A stretch of DNA of 64,000 bases from Aplysia californica (taxonomy: Eukaryota). Where the stretch lies: NCBI RefSeq assembly GCF_000002075.1, contig NW_004797570.1, positions 544,048 to 608,047 on the forward strand, written 5' to 3'. Shown piece after piece: positions 39,635 through 63,859 of this stretch. Both the position numbers and the translations under genes were made by a program. Position 1 is the stretch's first letter, and the number at the start of each line of letters is the position of its first letter. The notes under the pieces are model-generated. The model saw nothing but the letters and a program-made list of their open reading frames with translations, did no database searches and was not told where the DNA came from.

Positions 39635-42492
39635 TGAGAAACATGGTTATTAATTTGTATTCCACATAAGCCCACATGGACATGAATTGAGAAACATTCA
39701 AATTTGTACATTTCATGAGCAGTATGATCTACCAAAAAAAAAAAAAAAAGAGAGAGGCAGTTGTCAAAAACTTTGTTTTTTTAAATAGAAAAACAAAATA
39801 CCAATGAACATGCACCATTATGTATCACATTTTGAGTAGTGGCTTAGCTCCTAATTCTTTCATTCTAGATAGACAAGTGCTTGTAAAGCAATAAATAACA
39901 AATGCATTGAAAATGATATTAACAAAAGGTATCACTTGAACAAAGGATTAATGTTCTTTTCACAGCAGTCAACTTTCTCTCTGCTTCTCCACAGCTAAAC
40001 TTTCGTCATTCAAAGCATTGTAGGAGTCATCTCCAACTCACTGCATACATATCTCAAAGTCCACAAACACACATGCCACCTGATCACCAATTATATTTAC
40101 AGTCGGCAACATACAAGCAAATGGTATGAACACTCCCAATCACAAACACACATGTCACTAACAAATGAGCAGTAAGAGAGTTGGACCCACAAAACATGAT
40201 ACACATGCAGTCATTCTTTTCTTTAGAACATAACTGCTCAGTGTAAGACTCCATTATATACGTCACTTTTCAAAATGGCATATGGTGGAGACTTGCACTA
40301 AGTAGTTGAGGAGCTAAAAGGAAATAAACACAGGTACACATGACTTCCACAGCTATATAGGGATGAAGTCTTGTGTTGACCTATTCTTCAGTCTATAGCA
40401 TCTCTTCATGCTTAAGAAAAAACTTTAAAAATTCAGCCTCCTTCTGACACTGTTGACCATTTCACACAGGAAACCAATTTGTAATTTTTGAGAGAGCACA
40501 TTTCCTCATGTTTATGCAATTTAAATCTCCCACTTCCACCAGTGCGCATACTTTAAACATAAATTCTCATCCTTTGAAAAAGAAAAATGCTTTTGACTAC
40601 GAAATGTGCAAGTGCATGATGAAAAAGCAGTCAGATGCTCAACTTGTAAGCCAAGAGTATTTTGATGAGTTAAGTTGACTTCTTTGACTATTTAGTCTTG
40701 ACAGGACCTTGGGATGCAGGAGGACTTCACATGCAACTGATATGTTCAGTCAACTGTTTAGCAATATTGCTAGGGACAAAGCAATCAGCTAAATAAATCT
40801 GACCATCTCAAACATCACTTCTAACGTACATAGCTGTGCTATAAACAGACATCTGACAATCATTAAAAAAACATAAAACCAGAGTAAACCAAGCCAGGAG
40901 AAAGTTGTAAGATTTTCATAAGTATTTGAGCTCTCAGCACTGTCAGCATTCAATTTCCACTCATCTATGTGTGAACAATATCGGCAAAAAGCAATGAAAA
41001 TTGTATCTATGTACATGTTATAAGATTATTATATCAAGTTTGTACAAAGTATTCAATGTCTCAAATACAAGAGTTTGTTCCCTCTTTAAATTGCTTCCTT
41101 CTTCGAAGTACTGGTAGTTCCACTGACAATTATTTTACGATGCCAACCATCAAAGAAAGGTAAAATAAAGGAAAAAATATATAAAAACTGACCATCCCAC
41201 ACTGAAGACTACGTCTGTGCAACAAACCCTGTCTCTGCAAGTTTTGTTCATCACAGTGTGATCCGGCAGTCCTACAAGTAGTTCATGACACCCCCCCCCC
41301 CTCCAGAGAGAGACATAGATAGGAACAGCAGATCAGGCAATTACCTCATTAGTACAGAAGGAAATACTGACCTTGTGACACATGAAATGGGACAATTAGC
41401 ATGGAAACTCAAACAGGTAGGAGGCAAAGTGTCAATGGGGGAGCGGGTGGGTGGGAACAGCTGTGCTATAAGACTGCCATTCTGTGCCCATGTATTCCCA
41501 TCATAACATCTTTGCAAACAAAACTGATAAAACATTAAGTTCTTCAGTCAGTATCCTGGTGAGCTAGCCCTAGCCAAACTTTTTTAACTTTTAAAAACTT
41601 TCACAGAGCATAACAGACTTGTGAAGAACAGATTTGGGAAATTGCAGAAAGTGTACAGCAGTAGTTTTTGTGGCTGGGCAAAGTATGCATCAAGGAAAAA
41701 CAAAAACTCCGGCCAAAATACTATACGCAGAACAGGTAATGGCTGACAATATGATAATGTCCCCATCCAGACATCTCATTAGGTTCTTGCTTCCTTATAG
41801 CTGTACTTTAAATGTAGGCATGACAATAAGCTGATGGCCCGATCCCCATGTCTGGTTAAGTTTGTTGACTAATAGCAGTAACCATTTCTTTGTCTGGTAG
41901 TGTTAACAAGCTCTCACAGCAACACAAGACCTATGAGTACCAGAAGGCAGTTCCTGTAGTCAAGTACCACAACATCATATCCATGGGTTTATGCTCGAAA
42001 TCATGCACCTTGTTTCTTGGAAAACTTCTCCAACAACCCCTGCTCGAAACTGATTTCAAGACCGTTTAATTTATTGCTAATATCAATGCTAGTAAGTCTG
42101 AATGGATGTTTGTCCTTGTTCCGGGGAAATAAAGAGGACCCACAGATTGACCTTGCAATGATTTTAGAGCAAAGGAAGAGTTTACCTTTTTTCTTCCAGT
42201 TACAAAGACAAAGTATAACGCCATAGATATTATGTAAAGTGCTGGCCATCAACACTTGGCTAAAACCCTTACAGGGAATGGTGAGGCCTGGAAGTGAGAA
42301 ATGTTCCTTCTTTACAGTTGTCTCACTTTGAATACATTCACACAAAAGGAAATTAAAATACATCCCCACAGAACCTATAGCATTAGAATAGTATGAGGGC
42401 AGTTATTTAGAGACCCCGATGTCCCAGTTTGACCATTAGCAGGAGATTCCTTCTGGTCACCAAAAGTACACCAGCAAGACCTCGTTGAGCTA

Positions 42493-52459
<9,967 letters not shown>

Positions 52460-53030
52460 CTACGACTCATCAGTAGCGGCAGCCATGTTAGTTTACTGCG
52501 TGGAGCTTGGAGTGGAAACGGAGTACGACATAGTCTAATAAAAGAAAAAATGTATTGAAAAGAAATATAGATCTGTAATATTTCTTACCAAAAAATAAAT
52601 TTTCAGACATTTAAATAATTAAATCACCTCAATCTGTCTGAACATTTTTTGTGAAAGAGAAAACACCCATTCTGTTTCGGCAAAATAAAACATAGATCTA
52701 AATCTAGACCAAACCAACAAATGCAAAGGAACTGAGCTTCCTACTTCCGCTATCATTGTTTAATCATGGCGGTAGTTTGAACGGGACGTTGCTATGAACC
52801 TCGGTAAGCATAATTTAAACCGTGCTCTGCCAACATATGTTCAATGTTCACCAAATGAGAGCTTGTCTCATCACTGTTTTTAAAGTGCATTCTCTTTAGA
52901 AGTTGAATGGAAGCTATAGATCTATATTCGTAGGTTATTATCGAACTGGAGGCAAATTCTATCTCCCTGTGACTGTGCCCTGTCCCACTCACACTGTCCC
53001 GGCCGTCAGTCACACAGACAAGAAGTCAAG

Positions 53031-54858
53031 AAGCGGATAGTTAGAGAAAGTGTTAGGTAAAAGGAGTAGGCTACGCCATTGGCCGATATTTATAGTAACA
53101 GCCATCTTATTTGTGTCATCATAAAATAGGGCCTAGTGCTCTTCATTCTGACAAAAGACAAAAGAAGTTCCCGACCTACTGTCTCACTGTCTTTGTGTGT
53201 GTAAGGTGTGAACAGGGGGGCATGGAGGGTTTTAAAAAAATTTTTTTTAGTCTTTACTTAACTCATTCGCTACGTATTATTTTCGGCTTGTGGACGAATT
53301 TTTTTTCCGGAGGACGAATTTTTTTTCGGGAGGGCGAATGAGATGATGACTAGTGGGCAGTTAAATGTCTTTGGGGCCACAAATTCAAATAAATATCAAC
53401 TAATATTTTCAGTATGGTTTGTTGAATACATCTGTAATGTTTATTTATGTATTTTTCAACTTTGGGTCCTGTAAGAGACGATTATGCAACACAATTATGA
53501 TTGGATGCGGATAAAATTTGAAAAAAAAAAATTAATAATCTTTGGTGAAACTCAGAAAATATCTTTGCACCTAGATCTAGATCTAGATCTAGATCTAGAT
53601 TTAGATCTAGAAGTAGATACATCAAAATAACCATAAATGAATATAGAACTGGAAAATATTAAAAAGTTTGCAGTTATTTACCTACATTCCATAATATTTG
53701 TACATTTTGAACCTAACATCTGATATTGAAAAAATTAAAAAAAAAAAAAATTTTGAAAAACGATCACAAACAGTGAAAACCCCACTCGTATCTTATATAG
53801 AATTATTCAGAATTGCATTTGGAATAAACCTATACATGTCTTGAGTGGCACTTTTTGTGTAATTTCATCAAAAAGTAGTGATTTTGGGGAGAAAAAAATA
53901 TTTTGACAATTTAGATCTAGTTCTAACACTCAAAAATATTGATTTCTCAATAACAGTCCATTGGCAATATGAGTCCAATCGTATCAATATGATAAAAAAG
54001 AGTCCTACATTTCTTTAGGGGGCAAAATAATTATAGATTTTGTTGTGTAAAATTACTAAGACTGGTGTCCGGGCTATAAATTTTGGCATTGCGGTAAAAC
54101 AAAGTCGAATAAACTACGAAATCGCGTTTCAAAACTGAATCTAAATTTCCGATTTTCATTGGAAATGCTTGACCCGGAAGTCAACATTATATTATTATGA
54201 CCTTTATTTTAACATGGATATGTGGATTGGAATAGAATCTAAGCTAAAATTGAAGATCGGTTCTCGAGCCGCCAGGGGCGGCTTAGCGTACTGACGGCGC
54301 TTTAGCCGTGCCGCCCCCCACGGCTCGGCGTAGCGAATGAGTTAATGGGTGACTAAATGCAAAGTAAGTTACTGCAAAAGTCGAGCAGTCTTGTTTCTGT
54401 GCATTGCCTTTTGAAGGCATTTTCAAATGAGGTATAGTCCGGGAACATTGCCCCAACCACAATTGATGTATCTGAATATTTTTAGACATCTAAAAATCTC
54501 TAGCTCTAGAAATTGAATTTGATGAAAAAAATGCTTTTTCCCAGTTCATGCAGAATGGCAAAATGAAAGATGACGCCGAACTCTCGCAAATAATTTTAAA
54601 AATCTAGAGAATGGAAACCGTTCGGAGAAATAGAGATCAGGTTTATTTTCTCGAGAGTTCGGAGTAATAGATCTAGTCACTTTGAAAAAAAAATGTGGAG
54701 TAAAAAAATAAAGCTTTTTTTTTTCATTTGAGCAAAGTGTTATATGATAATGCTCATTACATTATGTATGTTAAAGAATAGGTCAAACAAGATGGCTGAT
54801 ATTATAGGTCTAAATATCAGTCAATGGCGTACTCCTAACGTTCTCTAACTATCCGCTT
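53031..54858. mobile_element. TIR element hosting the piggyBac-like insertion
   Basis: AAGCGGATAGTTAGAGAA...TACGCCATTG inverts to CAATGGCGTA...TTCTCTAACTATCCGCTT. Confidence 0.6.
53262..54341. mobile_element. Non-autonomous piggyBac-like element
   Basis: 13-bp perfect TIR CTCATTCGCTACG with TTAA on both sides. Confidence 0.85.
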
Positions 54859-55428
54859 GTGTCACTCGATAGCCTACTCACAGCCTCAGACTTATTTAGC
54901 CGGCTATCAGGCCAGCTCTCAGGTCCGAATATAATTTTGATCTATTCGGACTGTAGTCTGAAAAAAGCATTGAAAAATATTTATTCAGACTCAACTTCTA
55001 AGTGAATATAGTGAGTGTTGGGAGGTTACATATATAACTGTCGTCTGGGGATTTTCCATAAAACCAGAATTAGAACTAGAATTGCCTACTAGGACTGTGT
55101 AATTTGTAATTGTGTCAAAATTCAAAAGACTGCACTCTCATTAGATCTACCCTAATGGCAGTGTCTAAGCACACAGTAACCGACAACTCAGGGTCTTTCT
55201 TTCTACCACCGCTACAGGATCATCCTTTCTTCCACCACCATTTGTCTTTCCACATGTTTAATTTGTTTTGTTGTGTGTTATAGTGTTTCTGTAATTTTTT
55301 TTTATCACATCGCACAAAACCGATGCCCTCTTCCCAACACCTCTTCCCTCCAACAAGCAGAGAGTGCGTGATCGCTACGCGCAGTCTCATTGATCAACAT
55401 TTGCCCCCGGCAAGATCAGCTCAACTTA

Positions 55429-57068
55429 CAGGGTTCCCGCGGCCTCCTTGAATTCAAGGAGTCCTTGAAAATGAAAACTACTTGAATTTGCATTCAAGGA
55501 AAAATGTCCTTGAAAACCCCTTGAATTTTGCCAGATCGGACAGGAACACAGGGTGACTGTCAGGCCCCGGGAATCCCGGGGGCCCCTGAGTTCATTTTTG
55601 CCGGTCGCGGTTGTGATACAATATTCATTCGGCTTTTCCCGGCCCGAGAGTACGTTACCCGCGCACAGGCGGTTATGCCGGCAACTAGTGGAAGTGTATG
55701 TGCGATACCGAAGCTCGATCGGGAAAATCAAGATCTGCTTTCGCTTTTGTTATCGCCCAGAACTTTGCCGGTAGGGCCTATAGTAGTCTGATAACGCCAC
55801 ATTTGTAACATGCAAGCTCTGCATTACAAACGCGGTGTCGTCATGAAAATAAATCATTTGTCCTGTGCTGTCGCTTGTGAAAAAAAGAAAGGAAAAAAAA
55901 TTATACTACAAGCTTCTTGTCGGGCTCACCATCGTGACCGGTCATTGAACCTGTGCGTTTTCGTCATGTCGTGAGTAGGCTATCGGCGATGGTTGAGGTC
56001 ACCAAAGTTCATGCAAAGTCTGAGCGCTGCGAAGTATAGGACTCGGGAATGTGGGTGTTATTGTTTTGTTTTTTTAAGACACACGCGGGGGAGGGGGTTG
56101 GTGGGATGGGGTTGAAGGCACACCGGATGACAAAAACTGAACTTGGAAGCAGATTTTACTTTCCGGAATTTTGATTGCTATTTGATCTAAATCTAGATTT
56201 TGATCTCTCTGCAAAGCGTGCGTTGGTGTAGGCCCTGTGTGGAATCAGGATCTGTCTCACTCAAACCTTGTAAGCCGTGTTTTTTAAATTTTTTTATAAA
56301 GGGTTCTCGTTTCATTGGGCAGGTGATAGTAAATTATATGTTATATGTATTGTACTAGATCTATATTCTATATTTTAACTTTCTGCTCAAGATTCGCAGA
56401 TTTTCAATGTCACTGCATCTTGCCCTCCCACAGTTAGTTCTGGCACCTCTCACACTGAATCTACTTGAGCCATTCATGTTATTACTCTACTTTGAGTTTG
56501 AGCTATAATTTTTGTCTTTCACGTTTATTATATAAACTTTGACTCCCAAACAGGTTCTTGAGGGTCGATATTCTGGTGTTCTAAATCTAGACCTTTTCTC
56601 AGACTCAAAGCAAGATTCATATTTATATAGTATAGTCTAGTTTATATAGGCGAATATGATGAGGGGAAAATATAAATAAGTATAAGATCAGACTGAAATA
56701 CCTAAGTCATACAGTATCCCAGTGCCACACTGACATGTAGTTGACTGGATATAATGTAACTACATGTGTGCGCGCGCGCGTGTGTGTATATTATATTTAA
56801 AATGTAAATGGAGCATGCACTGTCATTGTTATGTAACATGCCCCTGGAGAATGGATGAGCCCTCCTGGAAAATTGAGAAGCTGGATTGGCAGTCACCCTG
56901 GGAACAGTTTTTGTTGGAAATCGAAACTATATGATTCCTTTCCGACAAGTGTAGGCCTATCGAAAATAGGCTTTCGTCATTAATTTCTTGACCAAACCTC
57001 CTTGAATTTTAAAAATTTCTCCTTGAAACCTCCTTGAATTTGATGGGAAGTTCATGGCAGGAACCCTG
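55429..57068. mobile_element. Non-autonomous hAT-like element with a 6-bp TSD
   Basis: TIR CAGGGTTCC / GGAACCCTG; AACTTA on both sides; subterminal CCTTGAA repeats at both ends. Confidence 0.8.
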
Positions 57069-60000
57069 AACTTAATCGTTCTTTTCATACTAATGATGCA
57101 GGGAGGACCAGTTCAGATAGATCTAGTAACTGGATATTAAAGCTCACGTCTCGATTGTTATCATTATAATGAAAAAAAAATTCATAAATGCTTGAAAATC
57201 AAGCTCCTTATAAAAAGTTTTCAGTATACCTGATACGAAAGTGTTTCCGACACCAAAAATATAGGTGTGTTAATTTAGGTGTGCAAAGTTCAACGTTTTC
57301 ATATCATTAGTTTGCCCTGTTTTCTGGTCGGTTGCCAAATTTAATTCAGATTGGTCCAGAAATAGAGCAGACCGAGTTTGAGAAAGTTAGTCACTTATAA
57401 ATTTTTTGACCTGGTCCAAAAATTCACCCACAAATGGGGACCAAATTTCGTCACGCGTGGAAGCCTGAATGGCATTGCTACCCAATGTACAACAATACAA
57501 TAACACGTTTATTGAATGTGCGCTAAAAGAAAATTGCGTAGACAGTTTGGCACAACCCGTGATCTCTTCCTATCCCATTTCTTTGAATTTGTTTTTTGTA
57601 ACAGGTTTCGTAATGAGGACATATTTCTTCTTTCTTGTCATGCTAAAGATACAGCTGACAACTATCTCCCTGATCTATAATGTGAGTAATAAAACATTAC
57701 CACACCCTAACTCGCCAGGGATCGCCCAGGAATTTCCCTAGGCGCTCCACCCTCACTCGCCCAGAATCGCCTGCTCCGACCAGGTGTCTTTAGAAACGAA
57801 GTCTCGTCTTAATGAGACTCTGGAGCCGAGATTTGGTTTTACAAAGTTTTTGCAAAATGTTTCTTCTTCCACTTGATACCGAAATGGAACTTTTGGGGCC
57901 AGTAGATTCAGTTTTAAAGCCGATCGCATTTCCGACACTTCGAAGGTGTCTCGACTTGTTGAAAAGCGACACAATTGAGTTTGATTATAAAGGAAATAGT
58001 GATGGATTAGAGCAGGAGCAAACAAATGTCAAATTAGATCATGAATAAATTATTGAGGAAAACGTTGTAGCAAGAGTTTTGTGGCGATTCCGATTAATCA
58101 GATGTAGACTTTAGTTCGAGGGCCCGATCGCGAGGCTGAGAGTGAAAGTGCACAAGTCGGACACCCCAATTGAGCTAAAGTTAGGACATTTCCAACAATT
58201 TGTACTATAAAGTATATTTTTCTGAAACTATACTAATTTCTCTTTCTAATTTTTATTTTTTCAAGATTCTTGGAATTTGTTTAATATTTTTAAAATGTGT
58301 GGGTTTTTTAATGCTTGTATTCACAGGAGGTAGGTTACTTCCCCTTGCTTAGGATCTGGGAATAGACTTTCCGTCCCGACCCTTAGGGTTTAATGTGTTA
58401 ACGTGTTATTGTTGTTTAGTGCTAGTAAGTAAAGTGCTACAAACGCAAGTATTAATGTGTTATTGTTGTACATTGGGTCAAATAATTTATGCATTTAAAA
58501 TGATCTTTTACCTTATTGCCTTATTATTACTACTACTGTACTAGTCCTAAAGTTCTTCTTGCACATTAACTTGGCATGGACACACACCCACTGTTTTATC
58601 TCACATCACACGCATAAAGTGTGTGGCGCTGACATGACTTCTCTATTCATTACAGAAAGTGGAAAGCTGTTGAGAAATTTGTTGCACCAATAGTCAAAAA
58701 TAGCGCTAATGCTTGCCAAGTTTCATATTGATAATACTCTGAACATCAAAACTGAGTTAAGATTGCATACAAATGCTTTGAAGCATGTGTAGGAGGGCGA
58801 ACATCTTTAGAACATCTTTGAAAATATAATTATCGAATAGTATTGCTGTATGTAGGTTTAGATGTAGACCTTTTAGTACAGTCTGAAATGAGAGCAATGC
58901 TGCCAAGATTTTATCCTAGCTGCATAATCTGGCATACAGAGATGTATGTTTACAATGGAGAGGGAAAAAAATGGTAGCCTCCATGGAGCTTGTTGACAGA
59001 GACGAACCCGTTGATGTCATCGATGTTACATCGAAAAATAGGTTCCGATTGGAATGGCAATGGTTCTTAACAAAAGATGTTCACTATGTAAAGTTGCAAG
59101 GTATCTCAGGAAAATAAACAAAGATGGGTTAGCTTTCAGAAATAGAATATATCGAAGTGATGGCGAGCGGGTCGATGCCGATACACACGATAATTTACCT
59201 TACTATTACTGTGACTGTGGCTGTGGTGCCGGTGCATTTGCAGTGTTTGAAAGATTTCGGAAGAACAAAAGTGCACGAGATAAGGAGGTCAGTTATGAAC
59301 TTAATATTGTTAGTAAGAAAACCAATAAAAGGGAAATTATGCCTCCTGAAAACCCCCACCACCCCATATATGATAAAGGCATCTCTTCTCTGGCGATGAC
59401 ATTATGTAATGTGATTCAGATTTCTGTTGTTGGTGCAAGTAAGTAATTTTCAGCACGTATAATATGATCTTATTGTGTTGCAAGTGCCATAAAACACTTA
59501 CTAAAAAAAGGTAGTTATTTACTCAAATCAACATATACCGTGCTTGCTCAAAATTCAAGTTCTGGCTATAATTCAGTTGCTTACATGTCTCTTAGCTTGC
59601 TGTCTCAGTTTGATCCTGCCTACTAGGGTTGATGGGCCAATACTCCATTGTCCAAGACTTGTAATATATGATTTCCTTTTTGCCTGCAGTTCCGCATGGC
59701 ATGGACATTGCTCTGAGCTGCCCATCCTGAACTTTGATCCTTGTTGAGAGGAGAAAATAATGTTTTAGAGATTATAGCATGTTCTGAGTCTGAATATAAC
59801 AACCTGCTCGTGACGGGTGAGAGGTAGTTGGGGTTGTAGTGTTGGTGTTCCACTTTGCATCTATAGTATAATATGGCAGGTTTCACAATTTTGTGTGCAC
59901 TGGGATGGTGAGATGTTTCAATGCCTTTAAGTTTTTGTTTTGTTGAAATAAACATTTTTTCAAACTGTGTTGTGTTTGCTAAACTAGAAAACCATTTAAA

Positions 60001-60504
60001 GTTGTTTTTAAAAAAAATAGTTTTATAACTGGTCTTATGACGTCGTCTATCGTCTCTTTTCAGAAAGACACCATTTCCCATTTTCTAAGTCATGTTAGAT
60101 CGCTCATCTGGATACGCCCAAACACTTCAATTTCCACAAAAATATTGTTTAGAATTTGGAAAATAGTACAGTTGGGGCGAGCGGACAGACGGGTTCCGTT
60201 ACTCACGAACTCAGTCAAAGCGAGCAAATAACGGACGGTCCTGCGAGTGGACTGTGAGCCTCAAGTCTCAAGACCATTCGTTTTTTGGGTCCGCTCCAAA
60301 ATTTTGATCTCTCGGCGGCTGGGCGAGTGGACGAACAACTCTAGGCTTCCATAAAGTTAATCAGTCCTAATGTTCCAAATGGATGTTGTCGCTCCGTCCG
60401 CTTGCTCGCTAAACGAATTGTTATATCTGTGTCTTGAGTGTAGCAAGTAGCAAACGAATCTTCACAAGCAGACGGCTCTTTACCCGTCCGCTCGTTTGCA
60501 AGTA

Positions 60505-61340
60505 CAGTCGAACCTGCCTTAACGGAACCCTGTGTAAAACAGACCTGTCTTAACGGAATCTCCCCGCTCCCCCATTGTATATTCCTCTTTAATTACCTGT
60601 GTAAAACGGAAACTTGTCCAACAAGGAAACGGAAAGAAAAATCCGATCCCTTCCGAGGGTTTTACCTGTCTAACCCTACGGGTCCACTGAGACGGACACG
60701 GCCTGATCTTTTTGTCGGGAGGAAGAAAATCGGTCGGGTCGTTTCCGTCTTGTATGTCCACCAGTTCAGACAAGACACGTCTAGACTGTTGGCCTACTGG
60801 CTGTATTATTCCACACACTGTGTCCCAAGGCTGTGTCCTCGGTACAGGGCTATAAATAGTCGAGGTCAATGAACCCAAGGCAGGAATAAGAATTGAATGG
60901 GTTTTTAAAGGAAAATTGGTAAACTTGTTAATATTTAAACCAGGCAGTTTGCGCGTATACTTTGCTAATTTTGAAGCGCTGATTACGAATATGACATTAG
61001 AATTATAATCCTAACTCAAAATTAGAATATTTTTTTAGCTCCGGCGGGGCCTACCGCTCACGAGTCACGACCCGGCCCGGCTAAAATTGAGCAAGCGTCT
61101 TTCCAACCCATACGTCTTTGTCGGGGCGTGTCGTGTTGTGTCTGTTGACACAGCCAAACGGACTTTTCACTGATTTCTTAGTAAATAAGCAGTGCTCTAT
61201 TTCAACAACCGACTTTCCGAGAGACGGGCGGAATCCGGTCAGTTGGAGTCCGTCGCAGTGGACACGGGCCCAAAGACGGAAAATGTTTTGCCCGTTCAGT
61301 CCTGATTTGAAACAAAACTGGAAAGTTTGGTTCTGTCCGC
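60505..61340. mobile_element. pogo/Tigger-like MITE, right end not found
   Basis: TA|CAGTCGAACC start; repeated AACGGAA; internal inverted GTCCACTG.GACGGAC. Confidence 0.5.
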
Positions 61341-61845
61341 TGGCCCAATTTGAGGGTAGATGTTACCCTTTCTGTGTGAACCCTGGGCGAGGAAGATGGC
61401 CAGGATGGTGTGGGTGTGAAATCTCACGAGTGCCAGTGAAAGAAAGTACTTGAATGGTAAGGTGTGAAATTAGTTTGACCAATGTCTGCCGCCCTGATCG
61501 AGAATAAAGTTCCCCGAATTGTTGTTACATGATGGCAGTGAGGGGTGGCATTGGTTGACTGTTCTTGTTACATCGATGGGTGGGGCTGAGGGTGGCAGCT
61601 AACATTTTCAAACTTTTTAAAATACGTCAGACAGTGGTCCTATGAAATGCAAGCACTGGTGGTAATTGGATTATATTTATTTTCGATAAGTATGACTGAC
61701 GCTAGGCCTTTGAACCCCCCCCCCCCTCCCCCAATCTACCCCGGAATTTTTTTCTGGCTCCCTTGCGATTCTGTCTTACCAGCGCTCCATTCTCGTTACT
61801 TACTGACCCTGATTTAGCCTGACCCAACTATCTGTAGAAACGAAG

Positions 61846-63859
61846 TGGCTATTCGGACTCGAGTCCGAACAGCCGCTGGAGGCTATTCGGACTCAAGTTC
61901 CAGCGCGCGTGCGCAATCACATGTTGTAACATAAGCGAGGTCTATACTCGAGTCCGAATAGTCTCTCGTTGCTATTCGGACTTTAAACTACTGGTAGGGG
62001 GTTACACTGTGTTTCACGACTACAAAGGGATCAAAACATAAAATATAATATAATCAGTCCTTATAAGACAGCCNNNNNNNNNNNNNNNNNNNNNNNNNNN
62101 NNNNNNNNNNNNNNNNNNNNNNNNNNNNNNNNNNNNNNNNNNNNNNNNNNNNNNNNNNNNNNNNNNNNNNNNNNNNNNNNNNNNNNNNNNNNNNNNNNNN
62201 NNNNNNNNNNNNNNNNNNNNNNNNNNNNNNNNNNNNNNNNNNNNNNNNNNNNNNNNNNNNNNNNNNNNNNNNNNNNNNNNNNNNNNNNNNNNNNNNNNNN
62301 NNNNNNNNNNNNNNNNNNNNNNNNNNNNNNNNNNNNNNNNNNNNNNNNNNNNNNNNNNNNNNNNNNNNNNNNNNNNNNNNNNNNNNNNNNNNNNNNNNNN
62401 NNNNNNNNNNNNNNNNNNNNNNNNNNNNNNNNNNNNNNNNNNNNNNNNNNNNNNNNNNNNNNNNNNNNNNNNNNNNNNNNNNNNNNNNNNNNNNNNNNNN
62501 NNNNNNNNNNNNNNNNNNNNNNNNNNNNNNNNNNNNNNNNNNNNNNNNNNNNNNNNNNNNNNNNNNNNNNNNNNNNNNNNNNNNNNNNNNNNNNNNNNNN
62601 NNNNNNNNNNNNNNNNNNNNNNNNNNNNNNNNNNNNNNNNNNNNNNNNNNNNNNNNNNNNNNNNNNNNNNNNNNNNNNNNNNNNNNNNNNNNNNNNNNNN
62701 NNNNNNNNNNNNNNNNNNNNNNNNNNNNNNNNNNNNNNNNNNNNNNNNNNNNNNNNNNNNNNNNNNNNNNNNNNNNNNNNNNNNNNNNNNNNNNNNNNNN
62801 NNNNNNNNNNNNNNNNNNNNNNNNNNNNNNNNNNNNNNNNNNNNNNNNNNNNNNNNNNNNNNNNNNNNNNNNNNNNNNNNNGGGCTGAGAATATGAGAGA
62901 GAGAGAGAAAGATAGATAGATAGAGAAAGATAGATAGAGAGAGAGAGAGAGAGGGGGGGGAGGGGAATTTTTTTATTCGAGTTGTCTTCATGAAGCTTCT
63001 TTTATTGCTAATTTTTCCTGTTTGAAGTGCAGATTCTGTCGCAGTGTTTGCATGTCAGGTGGATCGAAGTTCTGCATTTCTACTGTTTTCGTTTCGTCAT
63101 TGGCGCTTCTCAGCCTGGTTGTTTCTGAGGCTGCTCTCTAGCATTATAGTTCTTCCCTTGATCATTTTCCTCAATGCTTTCCTGTCCTCAGCTATTTCTT
63201 CTCAGATGCTAAAATTTACTCCAAACTTAGATTATCCGTTTTTGCAAGAGTCTTTGTACCTCAATTTTGGTCTTCCTCTTGGTCTCTTTCCCTGGGAAAG
63301 TTCTCCATAGAGAAATTTCTTCGAAATCTGGTTGTCGTCCATTCTCTTGACATGGCCCAGCCATCTCAATCTTCACACAGGATTATTCGAAGGGTTGATT
63401 CACTGTTAGCAACAAGAGCAGCATCACTGGCGAAGAAAGGGTCTCGTATTGTTGTTTTGTTTGTTGGTCTTGATCTTGGCTTGGAGTCGATCAAGATTGA
63501 AAAGCGACCATCAGTTCTCCAGTCAAAGAAATTGAAATGCTTCTTACTCTAAAAGCATGTTTTAACTCGGTTGGAAGACTCTAGAAGGAATATGATTTTT
63601 TGAAAGCTCAACTAAACCTCATATAATACGTCCCGTAATAGTATCCTTTGTAAAGAAAAGACCACAGTTCGCACTGGGTCACCACGGTCGGCGTCCATTT
63701 GTTGTAAGTTCCTTGGCCGGGTCGTAGAAACCGAGGAAGGCCAAGGTCGAATTGCTTGTCTGCTTCACATCCGGTACGCTTAGTGATGGCGCACGTGCAT
63801 TTGAGTTTGGAGTCGGAATAGCCGCGGAAGGCTATTCAGACTCGAGTCCGAGTAGCCGC
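61846..63859. mobile_element. Element bounded by ~75-bp inverted repeats built from GCTATTCGGACTCGAGTCCGAA palindromes
   Basis: 61846-61920 is an imperfect reverse complement of 63782-63859. Confidence 0.55.
62975..63380 (-). mobile_element. RTE-clade LINE 3' fragment (degenerate)
   Basis: RLRWLGHVKRMDD...KKFLYGELSQGKRPRGRPKLRYKD...CKHCDRIC. Confidence 0.8.

Noticed and set aside
57230-58393. Possible piggyBac remnant ending CCCTTAGGGTTTAA
   Set aside because: No matching left terminus or clear transposase motif found
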